64,000 nt of DNA from the human T2T-CHM13v2.0 reference genome, Homo sapiens. The notes beneath the pieces are model-generated. The model saw nothing but the letters and a program-made list of their open reading frames with translations. It was not told the origin of the DNA and did no database searches. Made by a program: the position numbers and the translations under genes. Within the stretch, counting starts at the first letter, position 1. Each line of letters starts with the position of its first letter. Positions 41,302 to 55,084 of this stretch are shown in pieces. Location: the NCBI RefSeq assembly GCF_009914755.1, contig NC_060930.1; one strand, given 5' to 3'.

Positions 41302-42650
41302 TGAGTCAACAAATTCTTTAAGTGCTTCCTATACACCATCTTCTCTACTAGGCACTGAGATGCAGAGGTGAATAATAAAATGTCAGTGACCTCAGGGAGT
41401 CCACACTGGGGACAGACAGACAAAAAATACATCAACTATTAAGTTGATCATTTCAGATTCTGATCATTTCTATGAAGTAAAAAATGCAATAAAAACTGAA
41501 CTAGGGATGGATTAAGGAAACTGCTCAAACTTGGGTCACAGGTGGCCTGTCCAAAGAAGGGACATTTGAGTTGAGACTTGAACAATGACAAGGAGCCATG
41601 CAGGGGATATGCAGGTAAAAAGCACTGCCAGCAGGAAAAGCAGTAAGTGCAAAGACAGGGACAAAAACAAGCTCAGCAAGTTTAAGGAACAGAATGAAGG
41701 CCATTATGACTGGAACCTATCTGGGAATGGGGTGTGTAGAGGAAAATGAGCCCAGAGAAGCAGAGCCCTATGGGCCATGGTGAATAGCTTGGATTTTATT
41801 CTAAAGGTTAGGAGAATGCATCTATTAGATAATTTTTAGCAAGGGAGGGTATTATATAATTTATATTTAATAGGCTACTCTGGGGAGTGTGGAGGCAGGG
41901 AAGCCTAGTAAGAGCTTTTGCAGCCTACAAGGACAGATGCTGGTGGCTTGGACTGAAACTATAGCAGAGCAGAGAGTAAGAAGACATAACATTCAGCACT
42001 TATTTTGGAGAGAGAGCCAGAAGTACTTACTGGATTAAATGTGAGTCTGGGAGGAAGGAGAGGAATCCAGGATGAATTCTGGAATTATGGCCTGAGCAAC
42101 AAACATGGTTGATTTAGTGAAACATGGTTCTGTTTGGTGAAATGGAAAGGTTTGGTGGAGGAGCACAGCTGTAGGCAGGGGGACACTGATAGTTCTCTTT
42201 TGCCTATTTCAACTTTGATATGTCCATTGGACAGCCAAGTGCATGGATTTAGGAGGAATACAAGTTGAAAATTCATGATAGATCCATTAATGAAAATAAA
42301 ACTTTGAAAATTATTAGCATATTGATGATATTCTAAACCATGCTGGGATATCTGCTAGAAAGAGAATTTAGATAAAGAAGATAGGAGGATTTAGATAGAA
42401 CCCTAAGGGAGTCCAACACTTAGGGGCAGCCTAGCAAATAAGACTGACAGGGAAAGATGGGAGAAAGTGTAGTGTCATGGAAGCTGGGAGGATCAAGCAT
42501 TTCATTAAACAAGACAGAGTGGTCAACTGTTCAAAACGTTGTAAAGAGTTGAGAAGATGACGACGAAGAATGATCACTGGCTTTGGTAAGATATATGAGA
42601 GGTGAGGAACTTAAGACAGTTAGTAAAGATAAATTTGAGGAGTTTTGGTG
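41302..42650 (-). mobile_element. L2 (~1.3 kb) inserted in a MIR
   Basis: Reverse L2 3' end (caacaaattctttaagtgcttcctat...ggcactg) with continuous L2 body motifs (gacatttgagttgagacttgaa, tggattttattcta, ggcctgagcaac). Confidence 0.8.
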
Positions 42651-43133
42651 AACAGTAATGTTTCCAGGGTCACAAAGCAAGTTAAAGCCAAGCAATTTAA
42701 AACAGGTCTCTGGATTCCACTTCCTGTGCTATTTTTGTGGCTCTAAGCTACCTGTCATCCTATGGATAATAAAGACCCTCTGAAGAACTTTGAGCAGGAA
42801 AGAGGGGTGCTAAAAGAGAGTTATTGTAAAATTAATCTGATAGCAGCGTATGAGATCAATTCAAGACAGAAGCTTCCATAGTAGACAGGTGCAGTGATGA
42901 GAGCCTGCATTAGTAGACAGCAAAAATGGAGAGGAATAGGCCATAGGGACAGCTCCAAAGAATGCACAAGGCCAGGGAAAGTTAGAATGATTCCCATTGA
43001 GTGCCACTAATCCCAAGAATCATTCAACAAGATAGGAGAAAATAAAGTGATGAAATGCAAAAGGGCTAAGTACTTTTGAAAAATTCTATTATAGGATATG
43101 TCACACAATGCCTGTATTTAAAAATAAGATATA

Positions 43134-43247
43134 GGTCAGGAGTGGTGGCTCACATCTGTAATCCCAGCACTTTGGGAGGCCGAGGGAGGTGGGTTGCTTG
43201 AGCCCAAGAGTTTAAGGCCAGCCTGGGCAACGTGGCCAAATCCCATC

Positions 43248-43285
<38 letters not shown>

Positions 43286-43473
43286 AAATGCAAACATTAG
43301 TTGAGCGTGGTGGCATGGGCCTATAGTCTCAGCTACTCAGGAGGCTGAAGTGAGAGGATCACTTGAGCCCAGGGGGTTGAGATTGCAGTAAGCTGAGATC
43401 GCACCACTGCACTCCAGGGGGTGCAACAGAGTGACACCCTGTCTCAAATAAAAACATTAAAGTAAATAAAGGT
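43134..43473 (+). mobile_element. AluJ with (CA)15 in the linker
   Basis: Dimer; (CA)15 at 43250-43279; TSD aaaaataag(at/gc)ata. Confidence 0.93.
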
Positions 43474-43738
43474 AAAAATAAGGCATAACAGTTTCTACAA
43501 AAGTATCAACTTTGTATATTTTTGCCCTTTTCTTTATTATCATATATTATCACTTTTACCATTGTTAATGCTTTGAACAACATATAAACTAGTCTTATTG
43601 GCCATCTTCACCATGTAGTCCAACCTGTGCACTAACAAGCTCATGAAGTACACATATATCTAGTTAGTTTTAATCAAGAATGCCCTCTTTAATTATTCAA
43701 GTTTTATTAGGTGACTGCTAAGTAACTAAGGCCAAGTG

Positions 43739-43782
43739 AAGAAAATATGGCCACAATATAAGAAAATATGGCCACAATATAA
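43739..43782. repeat. Perfect 21-bp tandem duplication
   Basis: aagaaaatatggccacaatat x2. Confidence 0.95.
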
Positions 43783-44354
43783 ATCAGTATTTCCAATGAA
43801 TACCACAATACAAATTTTTATTTAATTCCCCAGAAAGTAAATAATGTAATATCACAGTTCAGAACTGAAATTCCTTTTCCAGAACATTTCCATTCAACAC
43901 TATTTAGGATTTACACATCTTGTTCCCGCCCTAAAATGGTTTACTACCAAAGTCCAAATTGTATCTCATTCCAATGTATTGTGCATCATTCTACACCTTT
44001 GGTTAAATTAGAGAAAGTAAAGAGAAAAAAAAATCCAAAGTTTGGCAGTTGAGCCCTTCATACTCCTAAACTATATCTTTACTGACCTTTTAATTCCAAC
44101 ATGTGAAAGGCACTAGAAAAATTAGGAGACTTCCTGAGATCACAGCCTCCTGAGAAACTATGCTATTGTCCCCAAAAGAAATACACTGGTACAAGGGAGT
44201 GAGGTACCATGAGGTACAATGAGGATTATAACATGGGCTTGTAAAAGGTATTTCAACTATTCTTTAGCTTTTGTGATTAGAAAGATGTATTGCTTGATCG
44301 TGGAAATGCAAGTGAAAGAATGCAAAGGCAAAATTTCCAAACAAGTGCTGGGAT

Positions 44355-44389
44355 TGTGTGTTTCTGTGTGTGTGTATGTGTGTGTGTGT
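44355..44389. repeat. Imperfect (TG)n microsatellite
   Basis: tgtgtgtttctgtgtgtgtgtatgtgtgtgtgtgt. Confidence 0.85.
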
Positions 44390-45269
44390 CTTAACATGGA
44401 GCCCAAAAGGTGATGCAGCACTCTTCCAATATATTATTTAACTAATCCTCATGAACATATTTCCATCACTGATTTTTATAGGAGTGGAGGCAATCTTGAT
44501 ATTCTCGGCAATTGTCAGGCATATTTCTGATATCATTTAAACTTCTGATGCAGTAAATTGTCTCCAAAAAACTCTGTCAAAATCCACATGACATTGGCTT
44601 CAGCACAATGAGAAAATGATGGAAACAGAGTGTACTCTAAAATCACGTTAACACAGACTCATTAATCACTGCATAGCTAACAAATGTTCCCAATTTCAAC
44701 ATGTATTTCAAAGCACAGCTCTACACCCTTCTGTATACATAATTTTCCAAACGATTCACAGCTAAATGGCAACGAATTTATACATCCATTAAGATAACAA
44801 CTGAGAATACATTTTGAAACAAGTATTCAGACCTAGAGTTTCTGTGGGTGTGAATTCATGAATTCAAAGCCTATTTCTCGCCTTACTGGTGACAGCAACT
44901 GAAGCAGGAAGGGATGGTGCCGGCAGTGGTCAAAAGCTGTCCATAACCCCATGTGAAGTCAGTGGCAACCGTCTCCAAGTTCCATATGAGACAAGCAGGC
45001 ACTGAGGATGACATCAGGGAAGTACAGAGTGTTTTCTGTGCCTCCCCAGATGTCCTGGCAGGAGACAGGCTTTTCCCAATCTAAGGGAAAACCAGCCAGG
45101 AAATGTGTCTCAGTTGACAGCCCCAGATCACAACTTCTGAGTGGTGATAAAAAGTGACTGTAGGGACACTGAGAGGCCTCTCTGCAATCCTGCTGGGACT
45201 GAAGGCACCTCGCCTCATCATCCTAATTACAGAAATCCTAAGGTTAGAATGGAGATGGGGCTCCAAGGT

Positions 45270-45525
45270 GAGGACATGGTATGGGGCAAAGGACCTTGGA
45301 CTTGAACTCAGAAGACTTGATATCTATCTCTGGCTCTGCCACTCATGAACTGTGTGGCCCTGGATATGTCATCTAACATGTCTGATCCTCTATTATGTTA
45401 TTTATAAACTTAGAAAAAGAGAAATATATATCCTCACTATCATACGGCTTTTGTAAGAATTCAATGAGATTATGTGTGTAAGAGTCATTGGTAAATTACG
45501 AAAGCCGGCAAAAATGGCGATTTCT
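45270..45525 (+). mobile_element. MIR
   Basis: ggacttgaactcagaagacttg...tggctctgccactc...tgtgtggccctgg...ttgtaagaattcaatgagat. Confidence 0.8.
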
Positions 45526-46289
45526 CACTTTATGGAGGGGCACATCCTTTATACTGTAGGCAATGGGTACTCAGTGAAGCTTTTAGATCTTCACAGTAAC
45601 CTATTAAACGTGATGTTTTAAGAAGATGAGCCTTGTAGTGGAATAAGGAACTGACCACAAACAGAGTAATTTGAGTCAGGAGCACCAGCTAAGAGGCTGT
45701 AGTAGACCAGGCATGATGAAGTAGAATCTTTCTATGGTAGTGGCACTTACACTATCCAGCAGGGAGCTTTTGAGGAAGAACATGGATGTTGAATGTTGAG
45801 CACAGTGTCAATAATAAATTAGAGATGATTATTCTCTGAGCTCCCGTTATAATAAACTCCATCCTCCAACCTCTTGAGCCCTCCACTAGCACTGCAAATT
45901 CAACCCCATTATCCTCTTGACCTGCTCCTTCTCCTCTATCTCAAACTCAGATCCCCACTTGCTAATGCAAGACCCCCTTCTCTCCTTGGTTTTCACTTCT
46001 TCACAGCTGCTGGAGTGGCTCTTTGCTCTCATGTTGACTTTGGGTCCCTGATTCTCAACCATCCCAGGCCATCTGACTTCAGCTGTCTGAGCAGCTGCAG
46101 ATCACACAGTCAGATACTTCATTAACACCCTCCCCAGGCTTCCACAGTCTCTTCTCCAGGCAGCCTTCCAGCCTCCTTCTGACCCTCCCATGCCCGTCTC
46201 CAAACATGGCTCACCCACAGGCTGCGTTCTGTTTCCCTGGTTTAAACTGCAATCCCAGCAAAAGTCACTCAATAGTGCCACATGGGCCA

Positions 46290-46417
46290 TGATCTCTGAC
46301 TTCCAATGAATTCTTTGAGGACCAAGACTATGTCTTGTTCATATTGTATCTACAGGGACTAGCATAGAACCTGGCATATAGAATACCCTCAATTGAACAC
46401 CAATTTCAGTGAATGAA
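46290..46417 (+). mobile_element. L2 3' end
   Basis: ttgaggaccaagactatgtcttgttc...cctggcatatag...gaatgaa. Confidence 0.7.
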
Positions 46418-48724
46418 ATTGATAATTTGGAAACTCTATAATTCATCTCTCCTATAATGGTGCTTTTCTTGGCGTCCACCTACCCCCTCACTACTCCTCT
46501 TAGTCATCTTTATTAGATTCTATTATTCATTCGTCCCCAAAGCAGGAATATTTCCCAGGATTCTAAACTCAGCTCTCATATTCTCTCTTTGCTCTCTCTC
46601 CAGCAGAGAACAGTTCCCACCAGCAAACACAGTAGAATGTCAAGACATTTCAGATATTCACCCTCACTAGGACCCAAATTCAATGCTCCTGCCAACAACC
46701 CCATAACTTGCACCCTCCCCCAGATGGTGAAGCCACACCAAAAAAATTGACTCCAATGAGAAGGAACAAAGGTCAGAGAGGAATTGGACCCTCCCAGTGG
46801 AGACAGCTGAGCCTCAAGTGGGACTGACAGGCAAGCCTTTGCCACCAGACACAGTCACCAGCGTGTCCTACATTGATGACAAAGAAGCCTCTCTTCTCAG
46901 GGATCATTACTTGCCTTTAAAAGTCCAGATTCTCTGAGGCCTGGGAGCTTTATACCTTTAAAGGCATTCGGTGTCCTCTCTTTGAGACAGTCTTCCATAT
47001 CCAAGAGAAAGGTTTGCTTCAGCACTTCATTACAAACGGGGAAAGCTGCCCTACACCTCTGAGATCCTAGTCCAAACCTGTCCATTTGGCCTGCGTGGCT
47101 CAGACTCTCTTTGATCAAGTCCCCAGGCAAAGTTCGGCCTACAACTGGGCTCTTCCTAGATTCCCTCCATCCATCAATGCCTTGGCACAATTTGAGGCCA
47201 CAATCACAACTGCAGGTTCCTCACACCCTCATCTCGACAGAACAGTTATATAAAATAAAATGTGTCTTCTCCCCAGCAGTTCTGGTCTCAGTTACTGGCA
47301 TTTCCATTCCTTGAACCACTGGGGTTCAGACGTAAGGCATCTTTAACATCTCTAGTACTCAGTTTGGATCAAGCATGAAATGTCATTTTTTTTCCCCATA
47401 CTAGACTCAAGTTTCTTGAGGAAATAAGTTTTTATCTTATGCTTTATGGTTAAAATGCATAGATCCTCTTTCATGGTTTTACTGTATGTTTCTGAACCTT
47501 CTTAAGCTTGTTCCCTCAGGAGGGAAATAAATTCTTTATTGGACTATGCCATGTGGCCTTATGAATACCTCTCCACTCATATAAAACTAACCTAAATAAC
47601 AGAAGGAAACAATTTTGGATATGGCCTTATCCAGTTCACACGAGTCAGGCTGTGATTTTATGGAAAATTAGGCACTTGTGGGCAATTAGTTGTTTAAATA
47701 TCTATAAATCATCATGTCAATAATTTTTAAATGTCCAGTTAAAAATTTAAAAGTTTGGAAAGAGAATTTTTTAAGACTAATTCTGTAGCAAGTGAATTAA
47801 TTCCAAGAAAATGAATGTAGACAACTAGAGCAACCAGATTTGAGACACAGTAAGAATGGCCCTACACATGTTATTAGAGTACATTCCTGTGCATCCTTTA
47901 GTTCTGAGGCAATCAGATAGTGTCATCTAACTTTAGTGAAGTTAGAAGAATGCCTTTAATAAAAAGTCTTGGACCTGAGTTCTGTCATCTGTATTCGAAA
48001 ATATGGTCTCTGAGGTCCTGCTTTCAGCTATCAGGATAGTTAGACCTCACAGATCTCCTTCTCTCTTAGAAAATGTATATTCTTCCAAGTAAAAAGAGTA
48101 GAATAAAATATTTCCACTAAAATGCACTTATCTCTACATACTATGCCTCCTCAGAGATCTGTGTCTCTCGCTGAGTTCCCAGTCTCATGCTCTATGAAAG
48201 TCCTTCCTAAAAGCCACCATTCAACATGAGCTTCTAGTCCTGCTGACTCAAATGATGACATCTTGTTATAGAAATCTGAGTGCCTCACAGTGGATCTACA
48301 CATCAGTTACTGATGGCCACTGCCAACCTCTGTCACAGGAAGATTAAGATAACACAGTTAAAGCTGTAAACACTGCCCTAATTATCAGAGTTTGCTACCA
48401 TTATCAGGGCTGCAGGAGGACTCTACCCAGAGTCATCACGCTCTCTCCTGACATCATATATACGAGGTCAGAGCCTTTCAGCTCCTAAGCCCCAGCAGAC
48501 AAGCTCCAGTGAGCAGAGCTTATCCTTAAGCCACTGTCAATACAATGTGTAATTTTGAGTATAAAGCCCATCCATTTATTAGGCCTTATATTCTTCATCT
48601 ATAAGGTGACTACAGTGAAGTATGAAACATTTTAAAACTTGGATAATCACTAAGAAGAATTCCTAAAGCTAAAGAGTCCTTCAATACCGATAACTCACTG
48701 ATTACATAGAAAAGAAGTAGAAGA

Positions 48725-49058
48725 GGCAGAGGGCAGTAGCTCATGCCTGTAATCCCAGCATGCTGGGAGGCCAAGGTGAGAGGATCACTTGAGGCCAGGA
48801 GTTTGAGATCAGCCTGGCCAACACAGTGAGATCCTGTTTCCACAAAAAAAAAATAAATAAATAGCCGGGAGTGGTAGTGAGCACCTGTAGTCCTAGCTAC
48901 TTAGGAGGCTGAGGCAGGAGGATCATTTGAGCTCAGGAAGTCAAGGCTACAATGAGTTATGATCATGCCACTGCACTCCAGCCTGGGTGACAAAGCAAGA
49001 CTCTGTCTATAAAAAACAGAAAGGGGGGGAGGGGAGGGGAGGGAAAAGAAAGAAAGAA
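48725..49058 (+). mobile_element. AluJ with G/A-rich tail
   Basis: Dimer; tail changes to ggggggga(gggga)n gaaa. Confidence 0.92.
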
Positions 49059-50918
49059 TCATATATTCCCTCTCAGAATGAGCTTTAGCAATGGGTCATT
49101 CCATTGTTCTGACAGTGTCAATTAGGAATCTTCCTAATTTTGAGGGTTTCTCTTTATCGTTTACATAACGCTGGCGTAATGTACCTTTAAGAAGGTAAAA
49201 TTCAGTGTCACATTACCTCAATGTTTTAGGTTGGTTTTTGGTGTTAGCTTCACTCTCCTAAACCCTGCAACACAATAGGAAGCTTAGTGAAAGGACCACA
49301 TATTAACCAGGAAACTCCATCACCTGCACTGACCAAAGCTGATAAACTAACCACCCATACTACATTCAAATAGTCTGATCATCTATAAGTAATAAAAGTG
49401 TCTCCATAGAAACCAAGTATACAGGGAAATCTGCTTACAGTACAGGATCTGCTTGAACAAAAAGACTTCACTTCAAGCCAAGATTTTGCTCTAACTTAGG
49501 TTTACACATCATCATACACGGATAGCATTCGATATCACACCTTTGGAATTTCACAGTCCTGAAGATTACAAAAAGCTCTGCACATGGAGAGAGAAAGGGG
49601 GGAAAAGCTTTGGGAGAAAAGATTTGCATATGTAGTTACAAAAATACCAAAGCAGATTCCATGCTAAGCTCTGCCAAAAAGAGAACAATTACTGTTGCCC
49701 ATCAGCACGCAGCCTTGAAATTATATTCTCTTCTCCAAGCAGAAGCAGTCATCAGATTATCAAAATGAGGTTATCCTGACTCAATTCAAATAGTTCTTAT
49801 ATGGAATAAGCACAGTGCAATCAACAGACAAGCAGCTATTTCCTTCCCACACAAACTATAATCTTTTGTGAAATATATTTTTAATGAAGAATACATAACC
49901 CTCCTACATGTTTACTTCTGCCCTCACACTCCTACACATAAAAGTGCAAATACATTTTAAAGAAAGGGAGAAGAATTTTATAGCTTCTAATAACATCCCT
50001 TACAACGTAGGGCAAAGAACAGTAGCATCTGAACTAACCCTCAAATGAAACTTTTTCATATAGTGTGATGCTTATGAAAGTAAAGCTAGTCTCCAGCAGC
50101 TCCTCAGGAAAAGTACAATGAAATCGACATAAACAATGGATCTCACCAATATTTTAATAATTTCTTTCTAATTAGATGCATTGTGAAGGCTTAATTCATT
50201 CAACTACTAATAACTCAAAACTCACAGAGCTCTGAGCTTTATCTTTTGCAAATTTCAAATTATAAATTTCTTGTCATGAGTCATTCTGCTACTCAAGAAG
50301 CAAGTTTTCAAAAGGAAGGTTTTTCTTTTTTGTAGGTAACATTTATAGTGACAGTCATTTTTCTTTCTCCTTTAATCCCTTGAATTTTAAATGTCTAAAA
50401 TTGAAATAATATGACTTGATGGGTGAAACATTTTTACCATTAGGTTAGCTGATTTGAAATGAGGCTATAAAAATAATTATGAATGTTCATGCCCACTTAA
50501 CAGAATTGTAAAACAGATAAAAGTTTTAAAATCTCTTTTTCCACTAGGGCTTTTTTATCCTACACACAATATCTGTTTGAGGGTACTGGATCTTGGAATG
50601 CATCTCATAATTTGGTTCCTAGGAGGGAAACCATTAAGAAATTAATTACAGTGACAAGCAGCCTTGGTGATCTCTTACATTAAGGGAATATGCCTTTGTT
50701 CTGGAAAAAAAAAAGGAATAAAACTTGGTAAGCCAAATCAATAAGTGTCTTTAAAAAAATAGCCTTAGAAGATCAGAAAATCAATTTTGCCTAAATGTGT
50801 GAATGATGTAATCCTATTACACTAAAAGGAGTGTTTTAATTTTGCCTAATTGTCATTTAAAAAAAAAAGAACAAAATAATCGCTGAAAAGGTAGACTAAA
50901 CAAACATCGACAAACCAG

Positions 50919-50960
50919 TGTCGTTTCATTCACACCTAGAATGATGTCGTTTCATTCACA
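50919..50960. repeat. 16-bp direct repeat, 26-bp period
   Basis: tgtcgtttcattcaca at 50919 and 50945. Confidence 0.9.
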
Positions 50961-51698
50961 TCAGAAGAGAACCTTGTCTCCTTAACTCAGCAAAAGCTCA
51001 AGAATTACTTTTGCAAACAAAGTAGCATAGGGTAAGGATAGAGACAGGAAGAGAAAGAAGAGGAAGAGAAAGAAAAGGAGGAGTTAGGAAGACAGACTAG
51101 CAAAAAAGTTTGGGAGATGGACACCGTTATCCAAAAGCAAATGTAGCTGCTGATGCTAGTGACTAAATCTCACTACATCCAGTTCAGGAACCTTATTCAC
51201 ACGTGTGTAAGAAAGAGGTGGGGAAAAAGCAAGACAATGAGAAAACATTTTTGTGCATTCAGTTATAATGCATTTTCACACACATACACAAATGCACTGC
51301 TCTGCTCCTCAAAGCATGCTGATAAGAGGTGCACGTTAACTTTCAAAATCACCTCCAGATAGATACCCAAGCATATAGAGATTAAAAACGACACTAAATT
51401 CCTACATAGCACTAGGAATGCTGGCACACCTTTAAATTCAAAATCTCTGTTTTTATACAGGATTGTAATAGTCCAGTTGCTCATGGACCAATCTAACTGA
51501 TTTGGAAAACAAAATCTTAACTAATTGAAGAAAACTCAGTGCCTTCTCCAGTCAACCCCATGGAGTTACTCTGCGCAGCCCATGGCAAGGTTCTGACTGC
51601 CAGCTTCTTTAGGTCCAGGAAATGCACCTTTCCCCACACACAGCCATGGAGGAGGGCTAAGAAACAAACTGAGCCAGAATTGCTGCTGTTCACAAAAG

Positions 51699-51755
51699 GA
51701 ATTCCCCCTCCCTTCCCCTCCTTCTCCCTCCCCTTTCTTCTCTCGTCCCTCCCCC
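51699..51755 (-). promoter_or_regulatory. kappaB site plus polypurine/G4 tract
   Basis: GGGGAATTCC on the minus strand at 51699-51708, followed on + by ~50 nt of almost pure pyrimidines with C-runs. Confidence 0.45.
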
Positions 51756-54597
51756 ATCATCGCTGGAGAATAATATCACTCTGCTACCTGCCTTGAGCAA
51801 CACCGTGAGCCCCTGTCTTCAAGCATTCAGGGAATTTAACAGCCTGGAAATTCCTGTTGTCCATTCGCTGAGGTCACAGATAAAGCTAAACAACAAGCCG
51901 TGGTTCCCATCAATCATAAGTCACTCACTGATAGAATGTATGGTAGGAGACCTGATGGAAGCGAGTCACCAGAGAAAATACCCACTGATGACGCATATCC
52001 AGGCATAAAAATAGTTACAGGGCCCTCAAAGGGATTATTCAACAGCCTACATTTAGACTTTCTTACAAGAGACCTGAAGTCAACGTGCTGCAGTTAAGTG
52101 GCTGGAGAGTTGAAGTTTAAGCTTCCTCAACAGACATAACCACAGAAAGCTGTTTTAAATAAGCTCCCACAATAACAAGCTGTTTAGTAAATTTTAACAC
52201 AACTTTATAAGCCGTAAACAGTACCACCAACTATCTTATAAAATGCCGCCTAATCTTCTATTTTATTCACTTTCTCCTTCAAATAATGATTTCTCTTCTT
52301 TAACTCGTAGTCCCCAAGCAGTAATATTTAATCAGTCCAAAGAAATACAGCCTTACTTGCTTTCCAAATAAACTTTAGGAAAACAACACAAATTGCTTTC
52401 TGCATCTATATCTTTATAAAACATGCTTTTAAGTAAAGCTTAATTACAAATTTCACCAAAAATCCTGACATTTTGCCCACTGTATTTGCAGTTATCTTTT
52501 TCATGAATTGGTTTGATCCTTTACAGAAATAATTACCACATGTATTACATATACCTACTAAATATGGTATCTTATACAAAGTAGGCATTATTATTGTTTG
52601 ACAAATGAGTGAGTGAATGGATGAATCAATGAAATGTTATGTGCAAGTATTTTAATTGAGCAAATGACAAGTAAGATGTTAACTAAGACAAATTCTGGTT
52701 TTTTTAAATTTTATGAGGAGGGAAATAACTTTTTATATGTATAACCATTTTAATAGTTTTCAAATCATCTGTTCTCTTTTCCTCCCACTCAAACATATGC
52801 ATAGCTACCCTGCAAGCAGGTCGTTCACAGAACTTTCATATCAGAAAATGCTGGATTTTCGCACATTTTTATATTTAAATATCTAAAAATGTTCCCTTTC
52901 CAGTTTGCCTTAAGCAAATGTGCTGACACAATGAACAATGAAGGCAACTGGCTATGACAGAACCCAAAATTCTGCCTCAGAACTTGAACACTTCCGACTT
53001 GCAACACCCTATTTGTTAGTCTTATTACAAATCCTTTCCTAATTGTGGACAGGTTTCCATTGTTACCCAGTTAATTATTAGCCATAGAAATTTATCTATG
53101 ATAGAATTTATCTCAGTGCTTAATGTTATTAACTATCTTGCCCACACAAATGGCAAAAAACCTGTTAACAACACTGTTCTAACTTTTGACAAAACATGTT
53201 TAGGGCTTTACTCTGGAGGGCAGCTCTCCAGTGAACAAGTAGTTAACAAAATGACATTTCTCTTCCTGTCCTGGTAGGTTCTACATCACTTTCCTCAAGA
53301 ATGATAACACTGCTACAAATACAGGTGCAACATATTTTTAGTACTAAGATTTCACAAAGCATTCACGTTTCTCTCCTGTGCATATGTGTCAACAGTATGT
53401 GGCCTAGTTTAAAGAACCTAAATGGAAATGTTCACTGGTGCCCTCTAGTTGATCATTGCTAAAGCAATTTTGAGGAAGTACACGTGTACCTCCATCATCC
53501 CACTCATAAATATTGTAAAGTTCCCAATCAACATTCAGCCATTAATTCCTGACATAAAATGTGAAATAAAAAATGAAATTTAGAAACTGCTTTATTTCAT
53601 AAGGTTTCATTATGCATTTTTTTGGAAAATGAACAATAAAGAAAAACTTTGAGAAACAGAAAAAAAAACCTAAAAGATAAGATGAGACATATTCCTATTT
53701 GCCAAAGAAGAAAGAATGTATTAATACTTAATATTAACTCAGAAACCAAAAATGTTTCACTAATTTTACAAAAGGATAGTTCAAAATCAGCCAAGGCACC
53801 CTGAAATGATCATGTTTCACCCTGCTACATACATTTGACAGCTTTCAGTCATGGTGGTCTATGCTGGTCAAGTCTGAACTGAGGATCCTCAGATAATTTT
53901 AAAACAATACCAATATCCAAAGGAGACACTATTCCAAATTGCACTGACATATTAACTATCAATTCAGAGATCACCGATTGAATCCCATAAAAGGTTATTT
54001 CCATCAGCACTCTTAGTTTTAGTAATTCCAGGCCTGTTAAATTTACTATCAACAGAACAATTGTTTTTTGTTAAGAGAAAATGAAACTTCCTTACCCTAG
54101 ATTAGAAACTATGCTATCATTACAGTTATTTAAATCTGTGAGATCATTTCCTGCATTGTCTCCTCCAATGAAGAAGTTAAACAAATCACCGTTTAAAATT
54201 TAAAAATGCAAAAATACATTTCAGAGAGTATGTGCGTTTATCTTTCTGAAATATCAAACAATGTAATCACCTGGTCACTAAATTTAGGACCAGATTATTT
54301 AATTATCTGGAAAGAACTGGGGGGAAGGGGAGGATATAGCAAAGGGCGATGCAGCAAAAAAAAAAAAAAAATTGCTTTTTCAAATTAATCTTTCTAGAAA
54401 CAATATTTAAATTCATTCCCCTATGTCACTAGTAAAATACCATGACAATAAATCATTTTACATGTTTTAACTATATTCAAAAAATGGGAAAATACATCCC
54501 TAGTTCACTATCCTACGCCCAGTCAAGGACAGATAACTCACATTTAGACTATAAAGTTAGTTTTCTCCTTTAGTCTCAGTATTATGATGGGATTCTG

Positions 54598-54823
54598 TTT
54601 TGTTTTGTTTTGTTGTATTGTTCTTTTTGAGACGCTCACTGTGTTGCCCAGGCTGCAGTGCAATGGTGTGACCACAACTCACTGGGACCACAGGTGCATG
54701 CCATGTAAAGATGGGGTCTCACCACATTGCCAGGGCTGATTTCAAACTCCTGGACTCAAGCAATCCTCCCACCTTGGCCTCTGAAAATGCTGGGTTTATC
54801 AATATCAGCCACAGTGTCCAGCC
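54598..54823 (-). mobile_element. AluJ with internal deletions
   Basis: (TTTTG)n tail; missing segments after ctcactg and across the linker; gattctg on both flanks. Confidence 0.85.
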
Positions 54824-55084
54824 ACAGATTCTGCTTTATTTTTAATTAAAAAAAATTACATCCTTACATCTCCTCATTGTTTAATAGTGACATTTTTTCA
54901 TTTAGTAAATAAGATTGCTTCCAAAATATTTCATGGGCTTATGCTCATTGAAGTCATTATCTTCATTGTTTTCCCACCCTGCAATGCACCTGCAAGAGTG
55001 CATGCACACACATACATATTCAACCTTTCCCTCATGCCTGATCTCCTTTGATGAGGTCAAACATTCAAAGAACCCAAGGTATAT

